NCBI GenBank assembly: GCA_050084985.1
Contig: JBITNC010000001.1
Location: 153,884,001-153,948,000 of the forward strand
Reading direction: 5' to 3'
Origin: Nageia nagi
Lineage: Eukaryota; Plantae; Pinophyta
Length of the DNA stretch: 64,000 nt
In this document: in pieces, positions 1 through 12,873 of the stretch
Layout: each line of letters starts with the position of its first letter
Position numbering within the stretch: position 1 is the stretch's first letter
Program-made: the position numbers and the translations under genes
The notes under the pieces: model-generated
The model's input: only the letters and a program-made list of their open reading frames with translations
Databases searched by the model: none
Told to the model about the DNA's origin: nothing

Positions 1-530
1 GTAAACCTTAAGCAATCAATTTACTTATGTGTGTATTCATTTAGAAAACTTATAACTCAAATGTATTCATATAAATGTACAAAAGAAAACAAAAAAAACA
101 AGATAAAAAAGTATTTAGATTTAAGAAATTATTTTATTGAATGTTTAAAATTTATCCTAAAATACTTAATCATAGTAAAAAAAGATAGATTCTTGTAAAA
201 GTTTGAAATAGATTTTATTTTTTAATTTTTCAACTAATTCTAAAAGCTTAAAAATATTAATCATTTTTCTCTTTATAAACCTTAAACAGTCAATTTGATT
301 ATATTTGTATTTATTTAGGAAACTTATAACTCAAGTGTATTCATAAAACTATACAACAGAAAAATAAACAACATAAAAAAAAATTACATTTAAGAAATTA
401 TTTTATTGAATGTTTAAAATTTATTCTAAAATAAATAATCATAGTAAAAAAAGGTTTTTGTAAGAGTTTCAAATAGATTTTATTTTTGGATTTTTCAACC
501 AATTCTGAAGGTTTAAAAATCCTAGTCATT
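1..530. repeat. AT-rich tandem repeat, ~274-bp unit, ~2 copies visible (may extend left of the window)
   Basis: taaaccttaa...caattt...aacttataactcaa...ttaagaaattattttattgaatgtttaaaatttat recurs starting at 2 and 276. Confidence 0.85.
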
Positions 531-531
531 T

Positions 532-721
532 GCCACGTATGTCAGTGCTGGCATATTACATGATCCCCACGTGTTCACCTCTTAACGTCTTTCAAAAAAC
601 GAAACTACAACAGATTTAAACTTTATGCCTGGTTTGCCAAGATTCAACTCTGGCAAAAACGGCGGCCGAGTTTTCATCTAAAATTCCTTTGATCTCCATC
701 CATTTCTGTGTCTCTGACGTG
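532..721 (+). promoter_or_regulatory. Probable proximal promoter with ACGT-core (G-box/ABRE/bZIP-type) elements
   Basis: GCCACGTA at 532-539, CACGTG at 568-573, TGACGTG at 715-721. CpGs are locally retained, unlike the TE-filled remainder, and the region lies upstream of the LAZ1-like exon. Confidence 0.45.
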
Positions 722-809
722 TATGGGACTCGCACTTAAATCCTGATCATTTCAGGCCGCTTTTTGCAGAATTTGGCTGAAGAGTTGTTGAAATTTAAAG
801 GTTTTTCAG
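690..809 (+). other. Possible non-coding first exon (5' UTR); start position approximate
   Basis: Donor-like CAG|GTAGGG at 809/810 just downstream of the promoter motifs; acceptor ttgtattttgcag(cag) at 4348/4351 precedes the coding exon. Confidence 0.3.
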
Positions 810-3800
810 GTAGGGAGAGTAACACGGAGAATAATAGTTGAATATGCATTTCTGCAGTTAAAATTATGGTGATAAGTGTTGGAAATTTTGTTTTTGAGAT
901 CCATTTTATCTCGCAAACACTGAAGACATGCATGTCGTCCGAGCATTTCACTTTGAGTAATTTATTGATGCATTTATATTGTGGAAACCTTTTGCAAATT
1001 TAAATTTCGTCTTTAGAGCATCAAAACTGATAAATCTTTTGAAATTCTTCAAGCAAACCTGAAACATTGGTAAATTTATAACAAACGGAGAACAAATCAA
1101 AAGGGAATATTATTATTGTTATTGCTGTTATGCACTTGAAGATTTGGAGAAAGCCACATTATGTTTGTTCTGCCACATATAGTACCTTAGAGGAATTCAA
1201 CTAAGTTATAATGTAGTTGAAGTTGTCCAGTTCGTACAAGTATCAGCATGGCTGCACAGAATAGATTTTTTTGAAATTTAAAAAAAAATTAAAGGCATTA
1301 TGTTGCATTTCTTGACGTTGGCAATTTTAGGGCAGATTGCTCACCATCATGGCTTTGTTAACTATACTCCGTCAAAAGTTTTTAAAGGCACTTTCCAGTT
1401 TGCTACATAGATATCTGAATTTTCGCTCATATATAATTTATTTTCATGTGCATCAAAGTTCTCCTTCAGCTAAGCAATAATGTCAAAGGGGTAATTCTTA
1501 ATATATGCTGACAAAAAATCACACTTTCTATATAGGGGGAGATTTTCAAACATGGCATTATCAATTTTCTTTCAATACACCTGTTGGAGAAGACTATAGG
1601 CAATTTTGTGATTTTTTTCTCCGTTTTAATGATATATCTTATTCAAAATTGGAATGTATTGATTTAGAATGAAATTTCATTAATGGATATGCTATCTTAT
1701 CAAATAGCTTGTAAATTGGACATATCACATATACAACAACCAAAAGCTACTGAAGCAGCTTGACAAAATATAACATGGAAACTATAGGCAGTTAAAGGTT
1801 TTAAAATCTCTATTCTTGAGAACTCATTTTCTTTTAAGTTGTTTATACTTTATACCACTTTCTATCATAATGAGTGCAAGGTTCTTTGGCCCTTTTTCCA
1901 AGTGTACATAATCTCTAATCATGTTAGTACCAAAATCAAGATTGGAGTTTACGTCATATTTGTTCTCCAAATTTCCATTGATCTCTCATTACTTATGAAA
2001 GAATCTCCATTCTTCTTTTAGCAGTGCTCCATTTCCTTGGCTTATCCTCTTGTATCTTGAACATCTTGCTTTTTTTTTTTCTTCATCCATTATTTTTTCA
2101 CATTTTTATTATCCCACTCATTCAAATGGATAGTGAAAATCTTCTTTACTATACATCATGTCCTTTGCTTAATTTAGTATCACAATGAATGCAAATTCTC
2201 TTGTCCCTTTTCTCTTTATACTTCCTCCTATTGAAGTACATAATTGGTGCTTTCACTCTATCTCAAGGTCTATACTCTTTGATATTTTTAGAAATCCTTG
2301 GAAAAGGATTTTGATCAAATATGATAGTCCCAAAATCATGATTCCTAGGATTTACAATGGATAATCATATTTATCAAGGATCATGCTCACTAATTCCTCC
2401 ATCTTGGTTCATAATCCATTTTTTAAACTTACGTTTAAACCATTGCCATATATCGGTCCCCAAATATTTTTAAGCTAAATGAACCCTTACACTTTTAGGT
2501 ACATCATGCAATTTAAATGACATTACAATTTTATCTTTCTAATAAATGGGATTAGTACCATCAAATCTCCTAATTTGCAACTTTGTTGGTTTCCCCTTCT
2601 TGGTGAAACCAACCAAACCTCTCTATGAAAATCAAAGTCAAAATCATCATACGTTTTTTTCTTACAGACCATGTTTTAAACTTACAAATATTTTGCTCCT
2701 TTAGATATGTGATAAATCATCATACCTAGGGAATTTCTCTTCCCTCTGACTAAGATTTCAATGTAGATGAAATTTCTATACAAAATTTCACAAAAGAAAC
2801 CATTCCCACAATTTTAAGAGCTTCGCACAAATGTAATCCAATACAATACAATGCATGTAATTAGTTTTTGAAATTTGATCAAAATAAGCAGAAATTTAGA
2901 TTGTAGTTTACTTTACTTGTTTTATTCCCACTTGCAAAAAATCTCTAAAACATTTGCTGTTTTCTGCCTTAGGAAGCATATTTGGTTTCCAAATCTTGTG
3001 GAATTGTGTTATACCCAAACCTTAAAATTGCATAACTTACTCAAAATTAATCAGAATGATCTGAAACTTTAATTGTGGGATACATGCATGATTTTCTAGT
3101 TGCTTACCAAACTCCTGAAAATTCAATGGTTTCATTTGTAATCTAGGGAGCAAATTTGATGGGTAAACTTTAGTTGCATGATAACTTGGCCAATACAGAT
3201 CCAAATAGTCTGAAATTTGGCGGCTTCAACTCGATCAATATAGATCCAACTAACTTTTAATGCTTACAACTTGTTTGATTATGTTATTTTCTATGCTCTC
3301 ATTAGGAGAGGCTCCATAGGGTCTTTGTTGGTTTCCTGACCATGCTTGTACATGCTAGTCCCATGAGGATATATACTTTCTTTTCTTTCTATCAGCTCTC
3401 CTACTGTCACCAAGATATTTACAAGGATGTGTGAGATATTCATGTTTTACCAAGTCCTCCAAAAAGGAAAACATTGTTGATTTTTCATCCTATAAGCCAT
3501 ATTGCTTTTGTAATGCCATTTTTTATGAACCAGCCAATAAAAATAGCAGAGCGCAATTCCCATTCTAGCAAAATAACGGAATTGAAGAGCAAATGAAAAA
3601 CAATATCACCATACAATGCCAATTGAAGAATAATTCCCAATAGCTGAATCCATAAGATTGAGCAATAGAAGCCCAAAAATAATATAGCATTCACTACTTT
3701 GAGGGTGTGTACATCTCAATAGCTTTGTCACTTCAAGGGGAAATCTCCAAATATCCATGATAGAGCAATACAGATAAGATCAATATGGTAATTTTGAGTC

Positions 3801-4470
3801 TTATATTTGCTCCTATTTATATGATATTACTTCTAATAATTATCAGTCCCATTTTGAGATGTAACATTTCAGATCTCATATGGTCACCTCTTGAGATTAG
3901 GATACTGAATTTTAAAATTAGATTTAAGATATTTTCTCTAGAAGAGATACATGCCAGGAGAGCTTTTAGTATTGATAAAGGAATCAGAAGAGCTATTTGA
4001 CATAGTGCCAGTTTAGTTTATTCATTGTGATTGCATGGCAGCTGACTAGGACACTTGATCATAAAGTAAAGCTTCAGTGATTGAGCTTGAAATTATGTAA
4101 GATTGAGCCAACTGAATAATGAATCTCTTTGACATTTCATTTTATATGTAATAGGCAACAGTTCAGGGGATAGCTACCTCTTTCAGACCTTCCTTTCAGT
4201 GGTAGTGCATTGCATAGACTTGCAATACTGTTATTCTTCAGTTAACTGACAGGTTCATTCTATTAATGTTTAGCCATAGGTAAATAGTTTACATGGAGCA
4301 AAATACAGCCTAATGTTCTACATTACTTGCCTTGTTTGTATTTTGCAGCAGGTTATGTAAGTGCTTTGAGGGGACATTGTTTTACCGACTTTTGGCTTAG
4401 GACTGAATATCTCAACCATGCTATATAGATCTCTTTTTGAAAAGAGTAAAGATAAGTGAAGGCAAATGAA

Positions 4471-4620
4471 ATGGAATTATTTATGGTTCTGAATGCCACT
4501 GAAAAGTCAAGTGATCTCTACACCTGGGCTTTAATAATTGGTGGATTTTCTGTTCTATTTGCTCTTATTCTCTCGACCCTGTTGATTCTTCAACATCTAA
4601 AAGTATACAATAATCCTGCG
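4471..4620 (+). CDS. First coding exon of a LAZ1/TMEM184/OST-alpha (DUF300, Solute_trans_a) family membrane protein, most like LAZ1 homolog 2
   Basis: Translates MELFMVLNATEKSSDLYTWALIIGGFSVLFALILSTLLILQHLKVYNNPA, followed by a phase-0 GT donor at 4621. A hydrophobic helix followed by QHLxxYxNPA(EQKW) is the family's N-terminal signature. Too short for the ORF track. Confidence 0.85.
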
Positions 4621-5699
4621 GTTTGAATCAGAGACTACTCTTTCTTCTTATTTCTAAAGTCATTTACCCTAGCATACGTTCCATTTTACATATTGGCTGC
4701 AATTCTAAGACTTCTGTTCCTTACTTTATGAAGGCATGAAAAGTCACAATAATCATTTTCTTTTATGTTAGAATCTTAATAATTTGATTTGATATCTATT
4801 TAAAGTTTAAACTGCAATCTCATAGATTTGTGGAAAAGGGCTATTTTTGTTATATGCATGTTTATTATTTCATAATGAAACTTTTATAATTTGGTTCCTT
4901 ATTTGGCCTTATTAATAATATAGAGAACAAAGCCAAATATGGATTATTGTTGGAAAGTATGTTGTTTATGTGGATGTCAATGTTCAATCAACCTCAATCT
5001 CGTGCTTCTGTTGAAAATAACTGATCTTAATTGATCAAAAAAGATATGAAAGTTACTTCGAAAGGTTATGATCCTGAAAACATCACAAAGAGGAGTTTGA
5101 ATTTATTTATTCAGAACTTAATTACATGCTTCTGAGTTGCTTATGGAAAAAAGTGAGCTTTAAAAAGGGTGTCAGTTTGCTGTTACAAACTTAACAGAGA
5201 CTCTCCTTAAATTAAGATGGATCATAGGGCAATCACACCTGAACCATATTTGTTAAAATTTGCATTATACAAGTCTGGATCGGTTGATCACACTCTCTGC
5301 ATTTGTTGAAGATTATATATTATAACTGACTACATGCATCAAGTTAAGTAATCTGCAGCAAATTAAAAGCATGTTTGAATCAACATGGAATTTGTTGTAG
5401 GGGTCAAACACTTAGTTGAGGATTGATAGCCCTCTACCCAGATATGAAAGTGCACAACCAGCATTTCCTTTTGTTTCTAGTTCTTGGTTTGTGCCATGAC
5501 ATTGTAGATATACTACGTCCCTTTCCATCATAGAATGCTTGAACTCTATGCAAGAAAAGATGGAGTTTGGTAAACACTTAACGAAGGTTTGGGTATTGTC
5601 TTCGTAACTTCCTAGTGGAGTTTTCTTCAAGCATGTTCTTCAGTTTTAGCTTACACTGGTTATCTCCTAACAATCCACGGATTTATTATATCCAGTGTT

Positions 5700-7003
5700 T
5701 CTTTAAGTAAAAACAGGTAACTTTGTATTATAATAAAAACCAGAAATTGTTTACAGATCTGTTGGCTTTCCGAATCCTAGCTGTGGCCAAGTACCAAAAA
5801 CCTGTTAGCGGTGACAAGGGCTTTACAAACATATGCTATTACAAAGCAAAAAATAAAAATAAAAAAGACTTTTGCACAACCTAGGAACTGCTATGAAAGA
5901 CTAGAATAAATCAAAATGGGGTCCACCCAAGGATCCCTAAAAGCTGAAAAAACATCATTAAATGAAATGACAAGGAGAGAAAACTAAACATGGTTACCAG
6001 GACCATTGCCACCCATATTCACACCCTTAACATAGTTCATACTCTTTTCCATAGACACATTGAACTTAGCTTTAATTTCCAGTTCCAGTTTCCTTTTCTG
6101 GCCATGTAGGAAGCATTTCATAAGGATAGAGAACAGATACAGCATTCAGTTGCCTGCACAGTATTGCAAGTGTAGGAGATCACCTCACATGCGGAGCACA
6201 GTTATGATGGTCATCTTCTTTTTGTTAACCAAGCTACCATGAGCCCTTTTCAGATTCATTGATTCTTGCCAAACTCTCTTTCTCTTCCCCTCAACTATTA
6301 CAAGTTGACTAGTGAGTTAACAAGGTTTTGGATTGGGCTTCATAATCATCACCCAATTTTCTTATCTAAACTAGGTAGACTTATTTTTCTCCATCTAACT
6401 CTATGACATGGCTCTCCATCCCTCTAGTTTTGCCAAATTCAAGGCTTCTTCCATTTCTTTATTTTGACTGTTTTCGACTCTCTCCCTCCACTATTAGTTG
6501 ACTAGTGAGTTCAACAAGGTTTCAGATTGGGCTTCATAATCATTGCCCAATTTTCCTATCTAAACTAGGTAGACTTCTTTTTCTCCATCTAACTCTATGA
6601 CATGGCTCTCCATTCCTCTAGTTTTGCCAAATTCAAGGCTTTTTCCATTTCTTTATTTTGACTGTTTTCCACTCTCTCCCTCCACTATTACAAGTTGACT
6701 AGTGAGGTTTCGGATTGGGCTTCATAATCATTGCACAATTTTCTTATCTAAACTAGGTAGACTTCTTTTTCTCCATCTAGCTCTATGACATGGCTCTCCA
6801 TTCCTCTAGTTTTGCCAAATTCAAGGCTTCTTCCATTTCTTCATTTTGATTGCTTTTCATTCCCAATTTGTGTTTCCCTTTCAAGCCATGTAGAAGGATT
6901 TAGTGATTTTTCTTCACCTCTACCTGGGTATTCACTATATCTTAAGATATCCCCACCATAGCATCCACTCCATCTATATTTCCACTAAAAGTGGTGACCA
7001 AGT
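5700..7003 (-). mobile_element. Possible degraded non-LTR (LINE-like) 3' fragment
   Basis: Minus strand ends in a T-rich tract and ...acctgtttttacttaaagaaa, resembling a LINE 3' end; no RT or endonuclease motif readable. Confidence 0.25.
6285..6860. repeat. Tandem triplication, ~195-bp unit
   Basis: ttgactagtgag...ggattgggcttcataatcat...aaactaggtagactt...gccaaattcaaggctt recurs at 6305, 6498 and 6695 with few differences. Confidence 0.92.
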
Positions 7004-10000
7004 TGTTGAGCCCACACAACACACCCCAAAATACAAGATTTTGGGGACCATATTTTTGCAAAGGCAATGAGGAGCATTGCCTTGAGATTGGCTTTAGGTG
7101 ATGGATGGTTGATTCTAGAAACTATAAATATGATATCAAGAAGCAATTCATGTATTACTTGTCAAAAAATTTGAAGAATATCAGAGTATCTAGTCACCAG
7201 TTTTGTAGCCAATGAGCCAGGATCCAAAGATTTCACTAGTAAACATATTTTTGGGTGCTGAATGAGATTTTTGGAGATGGGATCATTTTTTGAAGTTTTC
7301 CAAAGTTGGAATCAGAAGACACAGGCCAATAGAGGACCTTGTTTCAAACAAGTTTAGGTTTGGAAATTTTAGGATTCGATCAAGTTTTCTCCCTCTCGCA
7401 ACTAGATGCAGTTTCCTAAGCTTTAATGCCATCAAAGGATATAAATTGGCACCTAAGGCTAAATGAGTGTTTTTAGGATCAAATTTGGAATGAATTTTGA
7501 GGACATGGCAAGGTGTAAAGGGTAAAATGATGCAAGTTTGGGTTTGTAATTGTTGAAAAAACTCAAAATTTGTGTCTCAAGTGCACAAGCGCAAGTTTTA
7601 AGGGGTTTGGCATCATCAAACCAATTTTTTTTGGTGCCTAGGCTCAAGAGCTTTCAAAATCATGAAATTTCAACTTGGTCAAATCGAAATTCTAAGACAT
7701 GGGTGTTGTGAAGAATGGAAAATTACACAACATTGGGCTTGGAACTTTTGTTGGAAAATCATCAAAATGGACATTTTTATAAAATCCAAAAAATTCTCCA
7801 ATGCATGGATTAGACAAAAATTAACCAACAAATATCAAATTATGCTTCCATGGATGCAACAAACTGATCTAGGGCATAAAACATGCAATAAAATATGCCA
7901 AAATCCACGTCGTCTCACTCCCTTAGCCAGGAAACACCACAATAAGCCAACATCACACTAGGGAATCCAAATATCATGCAAAATACACCATAAATGAGCT
8001 AGGAACCATGATGTCACACTCAAGGAGGCAAGATAACACTAAACAGACATCAAAAGGAGAATTATGGAGATATGAAATGTGCCAATGTTCATATAATGGA
8101 GAAATGATGAGTACAATGCAATACCAAGTCCAAAGGGCTCAATGTTGGCCTCCAAGCAGCCAACTAGGGCACACAAATGTGCAAATCTGATCACTGAAGA
8201 AGATATGTTGCAGAACAACCACACTCTACCAGATCTATGGATGTCACACTTAAGGGCTTCCTTACAGGTTGGCTCTTGGCGAAAAGAACAAGTGCAGTTC
8301 TAGAATACCATCGGATGGATTCAAAGATGTTGACTCCTATGGAAGCCTCAAGGAAGGGAATCTCACAGCATGAACAATCATTTCAACCACATAGTAGAAG
8401 GTGTTCCAAGCCTCCTAAACTCTCCTTGAACTACATGCCCAAGGGTGCTTGACGCCGCCAAGTCTTTAGAAGCTCCAAAGAGAAGAAATAGTTTTAATAT
8501 CAAATTCAAAATATCCTCACAATGACATTCCATGCCTTATATAACACTTCCTAGGTCTCAATCTCACCTAGAAGTAATCACCCAAACCTCCAAGTCCAAC
8601 ATTAGCCTCAAAGAGGCCCTCAAATGCCCAAACATGGGGTTAGATGTGCACCTAGGTGTCATGCATTGCCAATGTTAGCCTTCTAGAGGCTACCCACACC
8701 AAGTATATGTCATTATGGTTCAACGTGGGGTATAGGGTCTTCCCCAAATGTGGTGAAGGTGTACAAGTGCAACATTGGGGCCATAGGTGTCCATCCATGC
8801 CATGCATTGGCTATCTATGTGTCATACAAGTCTTGGAATTCCCACAATCAGTATTTAGGATATCCAAGTACAAAATAACAATAAAACAACTCATACTATG
8901 CTAGGAGGAAAACATCCCACCTTGGGGTTCACAATGTGGATCCAACGGACCATTATTTTTCTATCCAAGTTACTACTAATGCAAAAACAAATTATTCACA
9001 AAAAGGATACCAAGGATCCCAAATTTCCTTAATTTTGGTCAAAAGGGGATGTTACACCTTTTCAAGCTAAGTGCAAGATTTCCTACATTTAGCATCATCA
9101 AAGCTAAATTTTTGGCATCTACCTCATGGGTGCTCCAAATTGATGAAATCTTGACTTGAGCAAATAACAAATCTAGCATATGGGTATTGTGGAGAAGAAG
9201 AAATTAAGCAATTTTTCTCTTGGAACATTAAAAAAATGGACTAAAATTATGCATTCCAAGGCTAGGCATAGGTTTAGGGTGCTTTTATGTCATCAAAGCA
9301 ATATGTTTTAGCATCTAGGATGAAGAGATGCTCATTTTTCAGAAAAATTTGGAATTTTTTTTAAAGCAAGACATGATAAAGGGTGCAAAAACACACAAAA
9401 ATGGCTCCTACCTCCACCCAATTGGACCAAGAAATCACCCTAAAAATATAGGCACAAGATTACACCCCTTTGGTGTCATCAAACCAATAAAATTGGCGCC
9501 TAGCATGCTTTGTTCCAAAATGATGAAAAATTGACATGATCAAATGACAAAACAAAAACATGGGTTTGGTGTTCAAAAATCAAAAATCATGCAAGATTGG
9601 TGTTCCAAACTGATGAAAAATCATGCTATTTGGGATTCAAACTTCATTTTCTAGTGCCTAGGATAGGCATAAGCTCACTCTTGTCAAAATTTTGAAAATT
9701 TGCTCAAAAGCATGAGAAGAATGCAATTCAAATTCCACACCTTTGGGCTAAAGGGTTTTCAAAATTGATCAAGTTTGATTCCATTTGGAGGTAGGCATAA
9801 GTTTGCCCCCCTTTGACATCATCAAAGCTTCAAATTTGGCACCTAGGGGTGGATTTCCTTCATTTTTCTCAAAAATTTCAAATTTTGCTTAAAGCATTGG
9901 AGGATTGCACTCCAAATTTCAAATCAAATGGCTAAAGGATTTCCAAAAATGATACTTTTTCCACAAGAAAAAGCTAGGTGCATGATTTCATGCCTTTGGC

Positions 10001-12013
10001 AACATCAAAGCCTCAAAATCGGTGCCTAAGGCATGACAAACTCAATTTGACCAAATTTCAAAGTGCAAAATTTCAAAAAACAAAAACATGGGTAAGTTGC
10101 AAGGTCACATTTCAAGCACCTTTAGGCTTGCAACTTTCCAATTTCAAGCAATTTTAGGGCCTCCTCAAGCTAGGCATAGGTATGGAGGGCTTTGACATCA
10201 TCAAACACATAATTTTGGCACCTAGGGTGAAAATAGCTTGGTTTTCGTCAAAATTTCAAATCTCTCACAATTTCATGAGCACAAACCCATTTAGATTCTA
10301 CACACCTTGGTCCAAGAAGCAAGAAAAATGGAATAAAAATGCAAAAGCTAGATTTAGAAATAGGATTTCAAGATTTAGTAACATCAAACACCAATGGTGC
10401 ATGCAAAACGCACCTTTGGGATGGTCAATTGAGACTATGAAGCATGCAAAATTGTGATGATCTAAAATCACCCTCAACAAAAATGAACCAAACTAGGGCT
10501 TCTATAACCCTCAAGAAACCAACAATTGCCCTGTAGAGCATACAAACACCTCAATGCACCAACATGGGCCTCCTAGGTTTTCCAAACTACACATCACACC
10601 AAACAATGATCCCACAAAGCTGATGTCAGCCCCTAGGGCTTATCCAGCACTAAGCTAACCACACAAATGCAATGCAACAACAATGGACAACATCAAAATA
10701 CCTGCAATGGGGCCACACCACAATATTGAGCCAAAACAAGCCTCCAACACCAGTATATCACAATGCATGCATACAAAGGGAACAACACAATGATGAGAGA
10801 GACACAAGTTGTATTATATCATGGAATAACAATGTAGTACAATGAGGATCTCAACATCCATATCTAGGGTTCCAAACCTTTTTACAAGCTGAACACCACA
10901 AGAAAGACTAACTTTCTCAGACTCCAAATCCTCTCCTGCGAAGGAGCCTCCTCGAATCCTGGCAACCATGGAAGGTAGAAGCCCTCAGATACCACCAAAT
11001 GGACTAGGTGCCCACCTAAATCATAGAATGCTAGGCTTCCAACCCTGTCACTCCTATAGACATCGTCTAGGAATAATGCTCAACACCACCAAGACTTGTA
11101 AGCTCGATCAGGTTCAGTATAGAAGAAGTATAATCAATAGCTAACCTCCTCATGGAGATCCATCCTCAATATATAGACTCATGTGTCTATCCATCATACC
11201 TCATTATCATCCAAGCCAAGTCTATTCCAATGTTGGGGTCAACAGGTCAATTATGCCAATGTGGGTGTCATATTGGCCCAGTATGCCAACGTAGGGATCA
11301 TATTGGCCTAGTATGCTAACGTGGGTTCCCATGGACCCAATGTGCCAACATGGAGCTCATAAAGGCCCTCAAGGCTAACATGGGGTCTAATGGGCCTCCT
11401 CAAGATGATGTGGGGGTCCACATGACCTCATAAGCCAACGTGGGGTATGTGGGGCCCTCCCAATGCTGGTATGCTCCTCTATGCACCCCTGGACTATACA
11501 AGACTCATGCTTATCTCAGGATTCCCACAATCATTACAAATTAACACAACACTACTCAAGGGGAGACATTCCATTACTAGGCTCACAGTGGGGTCAGCAG
11601 ACCATAAGCTCTTGTTTGAGTTACACATGTACAACATGATCATAAACAAAACACTAGATTACAAAGTGACCATGACACATTTTGTCAATGGTCCAAATGG
11701 GATGTCACAAAAATGCACCAAAAGCACATATGAGCACCAAACTTGAGCACTTGAGAATTAAACACGAGTTTTTGACCAAATTTAAGCACCATATTTGGTC
11801 ACTTAAGCCATTTTTTTCCCAAAATGTTCAAAATCGCAAATTTTTCTTCCAAGTTTCAAAATTGCCCAAATCAATCCCAAATAGCTTCAAGATCCATCTC
11901 CAATCCATCCATGGCCATATAAGAACTTGTTGGGAAAGAATTTTTTCCTTTTACTCAGCGATCACTGTGAAATGATAAAGATGGAAAAGCAACCCAACAT
12001 TTAGGTGACAACA
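7004..12013. mobile_element. Composite LTR-derived block with degenerate internal repeats; contains a minus-strand LTR-like segment ending at 9056 and a nested solo LTR
   Basis: Starts tgttgagcccacacaacacaccccaaaat, similar to the terminus of the 6.9-kb unit. LTR-end motifs ggggatgttaca (9056) and ggtgacaaca (12013). Many (g)catcatcaaa...ttggcacctagg motifs. No matching TSD found. Confidence 0.55.
10453..11709 (-). mobile_element. Solo LTR, 1257 bp (family A)
   Basis: TGTGATGA...GATGTCACA ends; perfect TSD AAAAT (10448-10452, 11710-11714); no PBS or PPT alongside; homologous to 14171-15360 and 34216-35617. Confidence 0.92.
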
Positions 12014-12212
12014 CATTACTGAACTCCTCTTTTAAGGATTGATACCCCAAGGTTTGTTACAGAAGCTCATGTCGTTGATATGAGGTTAAATTGTGTAGGT
12101 CTTGTTTGGGAATTAGCTGAGTGGTGTAATAGAGGTAGCCGTTGTTAACTCATATTTTTTATAGGGATTAAGGTGTTCGTTGTGTAATAGTTCGAAAGTT
12201 GGTATGAATTTT

Positions 12213-12546
12213 TGTAATGTCCCCAATTTGTAAGGTTTTTCTCATTTTTTGGTTTTAAGGAGATTTCATCTACTACAAGCCAGGAATGGATGTTTCAACA
12301 TGAAATGGAAAGAAAACCTTGTTCCAATCATTTTGACAAGTTATACAACTAGGTTTTTTCAAGAAACGAAAGAGTTATGGCACTTGGAAGTTCATCTGTT
12401 GGGCCAGTCTATTCATATCGTACGCATTCGAAAATGCATGATTTACTCTCATTTGAGATTGACGTTCATCCTCTAGGCATGAGCAATGGTAATTTAGTTT
12501 ATCTAGATGTGATTTGTATGTAATTAGGAGTGTTTCCATATTTGTA
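12213..12546 (+). mobile_element. LTR 5' fragment, same family as the LTR starting at 26128
   Basis: tgtaatgtccc start; colinear with 26128-26456 up to ...ccatatttgta, where a new LTR begins. Confidence 0.8.
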
Positions 12547-12873
12547 TGTAACACCCCTTTTTGTAAAATACAATTAATTATGGAATCCCACCAAAAATAT
12601 TTATTTATTTATTTGTACATTAGTTGATAGTACTTGGGATAGAAAATATAAAGGTCATTTGGACCACACTATGAACCCCAAGTGGGACGTTTTCCTTCCA
12701 AGTGTAGGCTAGCTTGAGTTAATGTTATTTTATATACTTGGAGATCCTGAGAATTGATTGTTGGATCCCAAGGCTTGTATAGCACTTAGATATCACTTGA
12801 GCATGGATAAACACCTATCTACCCCAACAATGGATTTGCAAACACTTGTAAACATGCATCAATCTTGGGGAGA
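12547..12873 (+). mobile_element. LTR 5' fragment (family-A-like), interrupted by the element at 12874
   Basis: tgtaacacccc start; similar to the first ~300 bp of the 28413-29623 solo LTR. Confidence 0.7.

Noticed and set aside
1820-2830. Ancient LINE remnant in the putative 5' UTR intron
   Set aside because: Only faint fragments (ISIDLS, FLING, YLG) with no sustained frame; not supportable by eye
4921-4980. EQSQIWIIVGKYVVYV as the second LAZ1-like exon
   Set aside because: Only superficially like EQKWIVxVLFMVPVYA; no AG directly before the GAA codon and the MVPVY motif is absent
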